IMG/VR virus record: IMGVR_UViG_3300027759_000044
Reading direction: 5' to 3' (one strand)
Length of the DNA stretch: 64,000 nt
DNA from: a virus
Lineage: Duplodnaviria; Caudoviricetes
Shown: positions 43,811 to 52,062 of the stretch, piece after piece
Position numbering within the stretch: position 1 is the stretch's first letter
Layout of the letters: every line of letters begins with the position of its first letter
Program-made: the position numbers and the translations under genes
Notes under the pieces: model-generated
What the model was told of the DNA's origin: nothing
What the model saw: only the letters and a program-made list of their open reading frames with translations
Databases searched by the model: none

Positions 43811-44641
43811 ATGAGTAATACTTTTAAATTAAACGACATAAAACGAGTAGTAGCTTACGGATGTAGTTATACAGCCGGAGTTGAGTTAGCAGACGCTGAT
43901 TTTATTCCGCATCTTACTTTAGACGAAATTAATGCTGAGAAAAAAGCATTAGGGCAACATCTGTTTTATTCAAAGTATCCTGCGGTACTGTTTCAAGCTC
44001 CTCCGGAAAAGAAACAACTTGAGTATAATAGGGCCTGGCCAAAACATTTGATTAATTATTTAGAACTGCCGTTAGATTATTTAAATCGTTCAATTGCCGG
44101 GGCATCAATGGAAGCGATCGTATTTGCTATAGAACATGATTTACACAATGGCATAATTAATGATGATGATTTGATAGTAGTAGGTGTAACTAGCGCAGAT
44201 AGGATATTAACAATTAATGATGAAGGCTCGCCTAGTAGCCTAGTATTACATGATTTAGATTCTAGATGGACTAGCCAAGAGTTTAGAAAAATGTTTACTA
44301 TGGAAATTGCTAACGATCATTGGTTATTATACAATTGGTATCGTTCAGTAAAGTACATTGATATGTTATCAAAAACACTTAACAATAGGATATTACAAGT
44401 ATATTTACACACCAATGATCAGGCCTATAAAAATGTATTCAATGTACATAATAATGAATTTTTAAACATAATCAATTCATTGGAAAATATTGAATCAATT
44501 TTGGATAAAGATTTGTCTTTTGGTAAGGTAGAACCATATTGGAGTCATAAAACAGAACACGGCTTTTATCATCCTTACGAGATTCTACATAAAAATTTAG
44601 CTAAGATATTAGCAGAAAAAATTAAAGAAAAATATATATGA
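43811..44641 (+). CDS. SGNH-fold protein, tandem paralog of 43047
   Basis: AYGCSYTAG, RSIAGAS, FYHP. Confidence 0.6.
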   Translation: MSNTFKLNDIKRVVAYGCSYTAGVELADADFIPHLTLDEINAEKKALGQHLFYSKYPAVLFQAPPEKKQLEYNRAWPKHLINYLELPLDYLNRSIAGASMEAIVFAIEHDLHNGIINDDDLIVVGVTSADRILTINDEGSPSSLVLHDLDSRWTSQEFRKMFTMEIANDHWLLYNWYRSVKYIDMLSKTLNNRILQVYLHTNDQAYKNVFNVHNNEFLNIINSLENIESILDKDLSFGKVEPYWSHKTEHGFYHPYEILHKNLAKILAEKIKEKYI

Positions 44642-45861
44642 AAAAAGAAACCTTTTGTTCCTTACCGTTTAGTGCATTATTCTTAGGAAGTGATGGTGGT
44701 GTAAGACCCTGTTGTTCATTACGAGGAGAGCTAGGTAATATCAATGATAATTCAATTGAGGAAATTATTCACGGGAAAATTGCTACTTCTATTAGACAAT
44801 CCATTATTAATAATGAGATGCATTCTATGTGTAGCCAATGCCAAGAATTAGAGTCCAGAGGCGCTAGAACAGAACGTTCAGGTACTATTGAAATGTTTGA
44901 CAAGTTTAAAGATTATACCGAAAAAGACTTTTTATTAGAAAAACTTGACCTACGTTGGAGTAATACTTGTAACTTAACATGTAATTATTGTTATGAATAT
45001 TTTAGTTCTAAATGGGCAGAAATTAAGGGTATTAAAGTAAACGCAAATAAAGAAACAGCAGAAGAAAAGGTATTCTCATTCATTGAACAAAATTTACAAG
45101 ACAATCCAAACGTAAGATTTAATGTTAACTTACTAGGAGGCGAACCTTTATTACAAAAACCTAACTCTAGGCTTATTGAGTTAATTAAAAACAATTCAGA
45201 TATATACATTTTGACTAACTTAACAGTACCTCTAGAAACTAATAAAGTAGCAAATTTACTGTTAGAAGGTAATAATGTTGCATGGGGAATTAGTTTTGAG
45301 ACAATAGGTAATAGATTTGAATATGTAAGAAAAGGTGGAGATTGGAACCAGTTAGTTAAAAATCTACGATATTTAAATTTAAACAAGGTTAAGCACATTG
45401 ATTCTCATCCTTTATACTGTGTGTATAGTGCGTTTAATTTAGTAGAATACTTTGAGTTTTTAGGAGAAGAAGGATATTTTCATAAACAATATTGGCAAGT
45501 ATTACAGAATATTCCCGGTCTTGATGTATTTCAATTACCTTACCCAATGAAGGTTAAAGCTATTAAAGAGTTAGAGACATGTTTTAATCGTTATGAAAAT
45601 ACTTTTGATTTGTCATTACTAAGATCCGTTCATAGTGGATTAGTAAGTTCTATTGACAAACAATATTGGGATAGTACCGCATGTTTTACATGGCTTAATG
45701 ATTTAGATAAATCTATACCTGGTCAAAAACAATCATTTATTGATAATTGGGCAGAATTGTATGATGATATGTTATCTACTTATAATTGGCTTACTGATAG
45801 TAATGGAAATATGAATCCTAAAACAGAATATGAGAGACCAATCTATGTTAGAAAGATATAA
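44638..45861 (+). CDS. Radical SAM protein with N-terminal Twitch-like domain
   Basis: FCSLPF...DGGVRPCC...CSQC, then CNLTCNYC, LGGEPL. Confidence 0.9.
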   Translation: MKKETFCSLPFSALFLGSDGGVRPCCSLRGELGNINDNSIEEIIHGKIATSIRQSIINNEMHSMCSQCQELESRGARTERSGTIEMFDKFKDYTEKDFLLEKLDLRWSNTCNLTCNYCYEYFSSKWAEIKGIKVNANKETAEEKVFSFIEQNLQDNPNVRFNVNLLGGEPLLQKPNSRLIELIKNNSDIYILTNLTVPLETNKVANLLLEGNNVAWGISFETIGNRFEYVRKGGDWNQLVKNLRYLNLNKVKHIDSHPLYCVYSAFNLVEYFEFLGEEGYFHKQYWQVLQNIPGLDVFQLPYPMKVKAIKELETCFNRYENTFDLSLLRSVHSGLVSSIDKQYWDSTACFTWLNDLDKSIPGQKQSFIDNWAELYDDMLSTYNWLTDSNGNMNPKTEYERPIYVRKI

Positions 45862-45864
45862 TAT

Positions 45865-47106
45865 ATGGCAGTTTTAAACTATGAGAATTACCCTCAAATA
45901 TTATCATGGGGCAAAAAGTGTAACGTAGATACTACTACTATAAAAATTCATAACGGAAACTATCCGTATCATAGATATTTAACCATACGTGATTATACTG
46001 ATACTGATTATTGGTATGCTGAAGTATTACACGGTGATGCTTTTTATTGTTTCCCCTTAACAGATTTAATGTCGGAAGAAATATTAAATAGAGTTCGAAA
46101 TAAAGAAGTAACTATACTAGTATGCCATCATCATGAGGCATACCATTGTATAATACATGATCTATATGAGTTTTTAATTGTAGCAAATAACATCCCTCCG
46201 GAACAGGTACTATTATTAACTAATAGTCCGGATATTATAACTGAAATAAACTTTGTTAGTTCAATGTTTAATTTAAATCCAATTAAGGTTGAATGGATGA
46301 CAGAATTTGAAATGTCAGCCTCGGTAAAAGCACAAGAGCTTAATTTTCCTGAAATGAAACATACCGTAGCTAAAACTTTAGTTGATAAAGAATATCCTAA
46401 AAAGTTTTTAAGTTTTAATGGCTTACATAGACCACATCGGTCATTATTGGTGTCTTTATTAGCCGCTATGGATGTATTACAGTATGGCCATGTAAGCTAT
46501 AACTCATACACATTTCCAAACTATAAAAACCCTTCATCAAAAGAAATATATGATTTAATGTTAACATGGACTGAAAGCTCTACAGAGTTTACTGAAATTT
46601 TAACAAATAATAAAGAAAAACTTAGCCAGTTAGATACAATGTATTTGGATGACGCTCCAAAAATAGATAAAGGTATAATGGTGGAATCTTTTACCAAAGA
46701 ATGCGTACCATTTTATGAAGAAACGTATTTTAGTGTAGTAACTGAAACACTGTGTATGAGGATACACAGCCATGACGGTCATACTGGAATAGGAAGATTA
46801 TTAAGTGAAAAAACGTTTAAAGCTATCCTCAATAAACATCCTTTTATATTAGTAGGAGTTCCAAAAACACTTCAATTATTAAAAGAGTTGGGATATAAAA
46901 CGTTTAGTCCATGGATTAACGAATCGTATGATGATGAGTATGATGATTGTAAAAGACTATTAATGATTGCCCAAGAGATTAAAAAACTAGCTGAGTTAAC
47001 ACCTGTTGAATTAACTGAATTTTTAAAATTTGCTACTGGTATAGTAGAACATAACTTTAAAGTAATACATTCTAAAAAGGGGCCCTGGGCTACCCCCTTA
47101 AATTAA
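45865..47106 (+). CDS. Putative glycosyltransferase-like protein (unclassified)
   Basis: C-terminal YFSVVTET...SEKTFKAI...HPFILVG...LGYKTF...ESYD resembles GT10-like GT-B C-terminal domains from phage glycan islands (recollection, not a search). Confidence 0.45.
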   Translation: MAVLNYENYPQILSWGKKCNVDTTTIKIHNGNYPYHRYLTIRDYTDTDYWYAEVLHGDAFYCFPLTDLMSEEILNRVRNKEVTILVCHHHEAYHCIIHDLYEFLIVANNIPPEQVLLLTNSPDIITEINFVSSMFNLNPIKVEWMTEFEMSASVKAQELNFPEMKHTVAKTLVDKEYPKKFLSFNGLHRPHRSLLVSLLAAMDVLQYGHVSYNSYTFPNYKNPSSKEIYDLMLTWTESSTEFTEILTNNKEKLSQLDTMYLDDAPKIDKGIMVESFTKECVPFYEETYFSVVTETLCMRIHSHDGHTGIGRLLSEKTFKAILNKHPFILVGVPKTLQLLKELGYKTFSPWINESYDDEYDDCKRLLMIAQEIKKLAELTPVELTEFLKFATGIVEHNFKVIHSKKGPWATPLN

Positions 47107-47453
47107 CCGTATTTCTTAACTTCTTTAACCGGATCATTAAGTAGTTCGGCCATTCTATTTTTTAATACATAACGTTCACTTAATATATTACGAACATGTA
47201 TGGCTCTACGACCTACTTCTTCTAAACTATATTTGTGTTCTACTGTATACTTTTTGAAATCGTCCTCAAGTTCCCAAACTCTAGCATGTACCTCATATAG
47301 TTTATCTAAATCTTCTTTGATTAAATTAAAATTTAACTCTTTAAGTTGGTCAGTGTAGAAGTCTAGTTCTTCTTTATTATCACCTAGCTTTGCAAACTTA
47401 AGTTTGGCAATACAATAACGGTCTACTAGTTCAATTACTGGAAATTTATACAT
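47103..47453 (-). CDS. Small helical protein, DUF6165-like
   Basis: P-x-x-ELVDRxxIxKLK N-terminus, LYEVHARVWELEDDF, and RYVLKNRMAELL resemble DUF6165 proteins of glycan loci. Confidence 0.5.
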   Translation of the reverse strand: MYKFPVIELVDRYCIAKLKFAKLGDNKEELDFYTDQLKELNFNLIKEDLDKLYEVHARVWELEDDFKKYTVEHKYSLEEVGRRAIHVRNILSERYVLKNRMAELLNDPVKEVKKYG

Positions 47454-48642
47454 TTGTTATTTCTACCTTAGGAAAATATTTTAAGAAAACATCTTGTTTC
47501 ATGTTACGTATAGTTTTTATTCTATTACTTATCTCAGTAAAGAAGTTCCAAGCTAATGGCATAAACACTATTTTATCATCTATATTAAACTCTGCTATAG
47601 CATCCGGCCCTTTAATTAATATCTTAGTGCCCGGAGTATATAAGTTTTGTTTTAACGGATTATCATCAATGATTAAATCTAACTGAATGTCTATATAGTT
47701 TAATAATGTATTGCCCTTTGCGGCCGCGCCATATCCTACTATCTTATATCCTTGTTGTTTGTATGTTAACAGCGTTTGTTTAAGGGTAACTATATTATTA
47801 TTCACGTTTTGTACCCATTTGGTATAAGTATCAACCTTATGTAAAGCTGACTCGGTCGTTAATGCATTTTGTATGTTAAACGGTTTACCCTCAATCTTGC
47901 TGAACACAAATACATAACTGGTACCATGAATGGGAGTGCGTATAGCTTCAACCAAATATAATCCTGCTCTCTTTGCTAATTTATTCATGCTATTGATATT
48001 AAAATAATTAACATGCTCATGGTAAATAGTATCAAACTCATCATTGAGTACCATATTAGCCTGACTAGTTTGTACAAACAATTTAGTATGATTGCTCATA
48101 AGTTCACGGCAGTTGATTAAAAATTCTAAAGGATTTGGATTATGTGCCATTACATTTTGAGCTGTTATAGCATCAAATCTACTATTCAACTTGGATAATA
48201 CTTTATCATTAAAAAAATCACAAATTATTGTATGATTCTTTGAACTAGTAGGATAGATATTTTCTGCTGGATCAACTCCCCACGTATCATATCCTAATGT
48301 TTTAAAACAATCTAATTGCGTACCGTCATTGCATCCTATATCTAACACCCGATTGTTAAGCTTAGTGCAATATTCATTAACATAGTTAGCAAACCAGTTA
48401 GAATAGTCTTTTAATGTATTGCTAGTACCACTAACATATAGATAGTTTTTATATATTAATTCAGGGTCAACTATAGTAGTTAATTGGAGGTGAAGGCAAT
48501 CTAAGCATAGATTGACACCTAACGGGAATGTTAGTTCATCTTCATCTTTAGTGGATAGATAGCTATTAGCTAAAGGTTGTTTCCCTAAATCTAAAGATGG
48601 GGTTAAGTTATGTGACCCGCAAGCCAAACATGTATTATTCAT
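47446..48642 (-). CDS. NDP-hexose C-methyltransferase (SAM-dependent)
   Basis: N-terminal Zn site CLACGS...CLDC, VLDIGCNDG, DTIYHEH, C-terminal YGAAAKGNTLL. Confidence 0.85.
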   Translation of the reverse strand: MNNTCLACGSHNLTPSLDLGKQPLANSYLSTKDEDELTFPLGVNLCLDCLHLQLTTIVDPELIYKNYLYVSGTSNTLKDYSNWFANYVNEYCTKLNNRVLDIGCNDGTQLDCFKTLGYDTWGVDPAENIYPTSSKNHTIICDFFNDKVLSKLNSRFDAITAQNVMAHNPNPLEFLINCRELMSNHTKLFVQTSQANMVLNDEFDTIYHEHVNYFNINSMNKLAKRAGLYLVEAIRTPIHGTSYVFVFSKIEGKPFNIQNALTTESALHKVDTYTKWVQNVNNNIVTLKQTLLTYKQQGYKIVGYGAAAKGNTLLNYIDIQLDLIIDDNPLKQNLYTPGTKILIKGPDAIAEFNIDDKIVFMPLAWNFFTEISNRIKTIRNMKQDVFLKYFPKVEITNV

Positions 48643-49540
48643 ATTTTAAAAATTGATTTCTGTTACTAAAGGTAGCATTGTCAAACTTTGTAGATAATTC
48701 ATCTACAATAGTATTAACTGTTTCTTTAAATTCAAAGTCAAAAGTTTTTTGAAACTTTGTCGTATCCATAATAAAGTCATATGAACCTGTAACATCAGGT
48801 TGAACATTGACATTACTTGATAATAATGAACTTATTTTATTACTAAGTCCTTCAACGGAATCATAAAAACTAGCTAGATTGTATATCCCTGCTATTGGTT
48901 TTTTAATGATAGTATCTATTGCCCTAGATATATCAGCAATACCTAAAATAGGACGAATAATATTTTTATTGTTAATAAGAATGTTTCCGTTCTCAATAGA
49001 ATGTTTGGTCATTGAGTTTATCATTAACTCTTCCCTAACGTTAGGACTCCACCCGTTAACGGTACCAAATCGTAACCCTACAATATTATACCCCTTAAGG
49101 ATCATTGATTGTGCAATATTATCAAGTGTGTATTTGGTCAAGTCATAGTTATTAATAGGTTTAAAAATAAGGTCAGTATCTTCATTTGTTTCTGAATGAG
49201 TATCACCATATACGCTTCCACTACTTGCATAGATAAGAGTTTGTCCCTTATCAAGTTTATGTGCTAAGTTGATGAAGTTATTGACATTATTATTCCAACT
49301 AGAGTTAGCTTCTCCCTGACACATTTTAACTGAACTATGACCGGCTAATAATACTACAACCTCAAACTTTGCTATATAATCTTTGGTAAGTGAGTTGTAA
49401 TCAATTACATTACTAAATCCTAAATTTTTACCAAACCAACATGTATCTATGCTTTGTATATCATAAGTATATTGTAGGTCGTGTGTTAGGCGGGAACCTA
49501 TATATCCGTTCCCACCTATTAATAGTATCTTTTTAGCCAT
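48635..49540 (-). CDS. NAD-dependent NDP-sugar epimerase/dehydratase (extended SDR)
   Basis: IGGNGYIG, YASSGSVYG, YDLTK (YxxxK), LRFGTVNG. Start ATG 49540 (or 49543). Confidence 0.88.
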   Translation of the reverse strand: MAKKILLIGGNGYIGSRLTHDLQYTYDIQSIDTCWFGKNLGFSNVIDYNSLTKDYIAKFEVVVLLAGHSSVKMCQGEANSSWNNNVNNFINLAHKLDKGQTLIYASSGSVYGDTHSETNEDTDLIFKPINNYDLTKYTLDNIAQSMILKGYNIVGLRFGTVNGWSPNVREELMINSMTKHSIENGNILINNKNIIRPILGIADISRAIDTIIKKPIAGIYNLASFYDSVEGLSNKISSLLSSNVNVQPDVTGSYDFIMDTTKFQKTFDFEFKETVNTIVDELSTKFDNATFSNRNQFLKYE

Positions 49541-49545
49541 CATTA

Positions 49546-49552
49546 TATTTAT
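49546..49552 (-). promoter_or_regulatory. Late promoter element on the minus strand driving the inverted cassette
   Basis: Reverse complement reads ATAAATA-TAATG-ATG(49540). Confidence 0.6.
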
Positions 49553-49569
49553 TGACTATTTTAGGGTCG

Positions 49570-49576
49570 ATAAATA
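49570..49576 (+). promoter_or_regulatory. Late promoter element, divergent from 49546-49552
   Basis: GATAAATA in the intergenic gap upstream of 49641. Confidence 0.55.
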
Positions 49577-49640
49577 ATCGTATTAAGGTAATAACAGATT
49601 ATAATACTGATAAAAACGGAACATTAATAGAAAGATAACT

Positions 49641-49736
49641 ATGTTTATAATACGCTGGATTAAAAATATTATTAGAGAATACAAATATCGTAAACGAATT
49701 AAAGAATTACGTAAACGTGACCCATTTATTTATTAA
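49641..49736 (+). CDS. 31-aa basic peptide (not in ORF track)
   Basis: MFIIRWIKNIIREYKYRKRIKELRKRDPFIY*; first ORF after the late element; amphipathic basic helix. Confidence 0.55.
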   Translation: MFIIRWIKNIIREYKYRKRIKELRKRDPFIY

Positions 49737-49748
49737 TAGGTATACTTA

Positions 49749-50579
49749 ATGAGCCTTGCCAAATTAAATACCTTAATGTCTGATAACATAGATGATTTTA
49801 AAAAGTTTAGCATAGTTGCTACACGCAAAGATTTGTCTATTCAAACCGATATGAATGTACACTATTTTAGTCCATTAGACTATACACATAGAGAAACATG
49901 GAACTATGAAGATTTTAGTTACGATATATCTAAGTTAGGGTTTAGAGACAATTCAAATATTCCATCTGATATAGATATAGCTGCATTTGGTTGTAGTTTT
50001 ACTTTTGGTCAAGGTCTACCTAAAAATGTGTTATGGCATCATTTATTGGGAGATAGTTTACAACTATCTACGTATAACTTTGGGCAGCCTGCCGCAAGTG
50101 TAAAAACAGTATTAGATATATTTTCGTTAACGTGTAATCATACTAAAATAAAACATGCTATTTTTTTACTCCCACCATTTTTTAGATTACAGATAGCAAG
50201 CAAGCATAAGCATTCAGACAATGTTGAATTGATTCCTATAATACCTAATTATTCTAGTAATTTGGAAAATTCATATATGTTAGATGCGTCGGCAATTTAT
50301 AAATCATTGCCCAACGAAGAATTATGTAAAAATTTCAAAGATAATGTATATCTTATGGAATATATTGCTAAAAAAAATAATATTAAAATTTATTATTCTT
50401 CATGGGATAATTCAACGTATGAGATATTGCTTCAAATGAAATTTAAAAGTGCAATATTGTTACCAAGATGGATTGATTATACTACACCTGAGTTAAAAAG
50501 TTTGGCAAGAGATATGTTACATCCCGGACCGTCAAATCATTTGAAATGGGCTGAAGAAATTAAACCTTATATAATATAA
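49749..50579 (+). CDS. SGNH-fold protein (third copy)
   Basis: AFGCSFTFG, FGQPAAS, DMLHPG (DxxH). Confidence 0.65.
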   Translation: MSLAKLNTLMSDNIDDFKKFSIVATRKDLSIQTDMNVHYFSPLDYTHRETWNYEDFSYDISKLGFRDNSNIPSDIDIAAFGCSFTFGQGLPKNVLWHHLLGDSLQLSTYNFGQPAASVKTVLDIFSLTCNHTKIKHAIFLLPPFFRLQIASKHKHSDNVELIPIIPNYSSNLENSYMLDASAIYKSLPNEELCKNFKDNVYLMEYIAKKNNIKIYYSSWDNSTYEILLQMKFKSAILLPRWIDYTTPELKSLARDMLHPGPSNHLKWAEEIKPYII

Positions 50580-52054
50580 TGAACTACATAGGTATTTCAT
50601 CTGGATTCCATGATGCAGCTGTTAGTGTTATAGATGATACTGGCAACATACTCTTTGCTGGGCACAGTGAACGATATAGTAAAAACAAACATGATAAAGA
50701 TATATGTGACGGATTATTAACCGACGCACTATCACATACCAATTATGTGAATTTACAATATCATTACTATGAACGCCCGTGGTTAAAGTCATTGCGTCAA
50801 TTACGTAGTGGAGAAGGTTTTGTTTGGCCAACATGGAATAATTTATTAGGTACTGTATACAATGACATGAGTAAACCTAACATACACACTCATAATCATC
50901 ACTTAAGTCACGCAGCCGCAGGGTTTCAAACAAGTATTTTTCAAGATGCCACTATTGTAGTAATTGATGCTATTGGTGAGTTTGATACTATCAGTATTTG
51001 GGATGCTAGATATATTAATGGAATAGCAAAGTATAAAAAACTATGGGGACAACGATATCCAGATAGTATTGGGTTGTTTTACTCAGCAATGACTAAACGA
51101 GCAGGTCTTAAACCATTAGATGAAGAATATATACTGATGGGTATGGCAGCATATGGTAACACTAGACCTTTGCGAGAAATGTCTAATACTTTAATAGAAT
51201 CTTTTAGCAACCTCACATTCAAACAAAACCTACATGTAGGTGTATCTGATGATTTTGCCAAAGGTGCGGACAATATGGACATTGCACATAGCGCACAATT
51301 GATAGTTGAACAAATGATAATGGCAGTTATTAGTAAAGCACGAATGCTAGGTGGTAGTAGGAACTTAGTGTATGGCGGAGGAGTAGCATTAAATTGTTTA
51401 GCAAATAGATTGTTAGGAGAATATTATGACAACATTTGGATTATTCCTAATCCTGGCGATGCTGGTTCTAGTCTTGGAGCCGCTGCTTTGGGCTACGGTA
51501 AACAGCTTAATTGGATTGATGCTTATCTTGGTCATAATATCCCTGGTGACTACCCTGTTAATAAGTTATTGGATCATCTTGTTACCACTGGCATTGTTGG
51601 TGTGGCTAGTGGTCGTGCTGAATTTGGACCTAGAGCCCTTGGACATAGAAGCTTACTTGCAGATCCAAGAGGATCAGCAATAAAAGATAAGGTAAATGAG
51701 ATTAAACGTAGACAAAAGTTTAGACCATTTGCTCCTATTATATTAGAAGAATATGCTGATACTTACTTTGATATGCCTAAAGGTTTTACTAACAGTCGAT
51801 ATATGCAAGTTATCAGTAGATGTAGAGTACCTGAATTATTCCCTGCTATTGTTCACCATGACAATACCAGCCGTGTTCAAACAGTACCAAAAGACGGGTC
51901 GGGTATTAGAGAACTATTAGAAAAGTGGTATGTGTTAACTGGATGTCCAATGTTGTTGAATACATCATTAAACATACGTGGTGAGCCGATGGTTAATGAT
52001 AGAGCAGATGCTGATAGATTTGAAAAACTTTATAATGTCCCTGTAATTTCATAA
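50579..52054 (+). CDS. Carbamoyltransferase, NodU/CmcH family
   Basis: GFHDAA, HHLSHAAA, VVIDAIGE, GGVALNC, PGDAG, GRAEFGPRALGHRSLLADP, FRPFAP, LNTSLN. Confidence 0.92.
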   Translation: MNYIGISSGFHDAAVSVIDDTGNILFAGHSERYSKNKHDKDICDGLLTDALSHTNYVNLQYHYYERPWLKSLRQLRSGEGFVWPTWNNLLGTVYNDMSKPNIHTHNHHLSHAAAGFQTSIFQDATIVVIDAIGEFDTISIWDARYINGIAKYKKLWGQRYPDSIGLFYSAMTKRAGLKPLDEEYILMGMAAYGNTRPLREMSNTLIESFSNLTFKQNLHVGVSDDFAKGADNMDIAHSAQLIVEQMIMAVISKARMLGGSRNLVYGGGVALNCLANRLLGEYYDNIWIIPNPGDAGSSLGAAALGYGKQLNWIDAYLGHNIPGDYPVNKLLDHLVTTGIVGVASGRAEFGPRALGHRSLLADPRGSAIKDKVNEIKRRQKFRPFAPIILEEYADTYFDMPKGFTNSRYMQVISRCRVPELFPAIVHHDNTSRVQTVPKDGSGIRELLEKWYVLTGCPMLLNTSLNIRGEPMVNDRADADRFEKLYNVPVIS

Positions 52055-52057
52055 GTA
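52051..52057 (+). promoter_or_regulatory. Late-promoter variant ATAAGTA, 5 nt before ATG 52063
   Basis: ATAAGTA-TACTA-ATG, overlapping the upstream stop. Confidence 0.45.
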
Positions 52058-52062
52058 TACTA

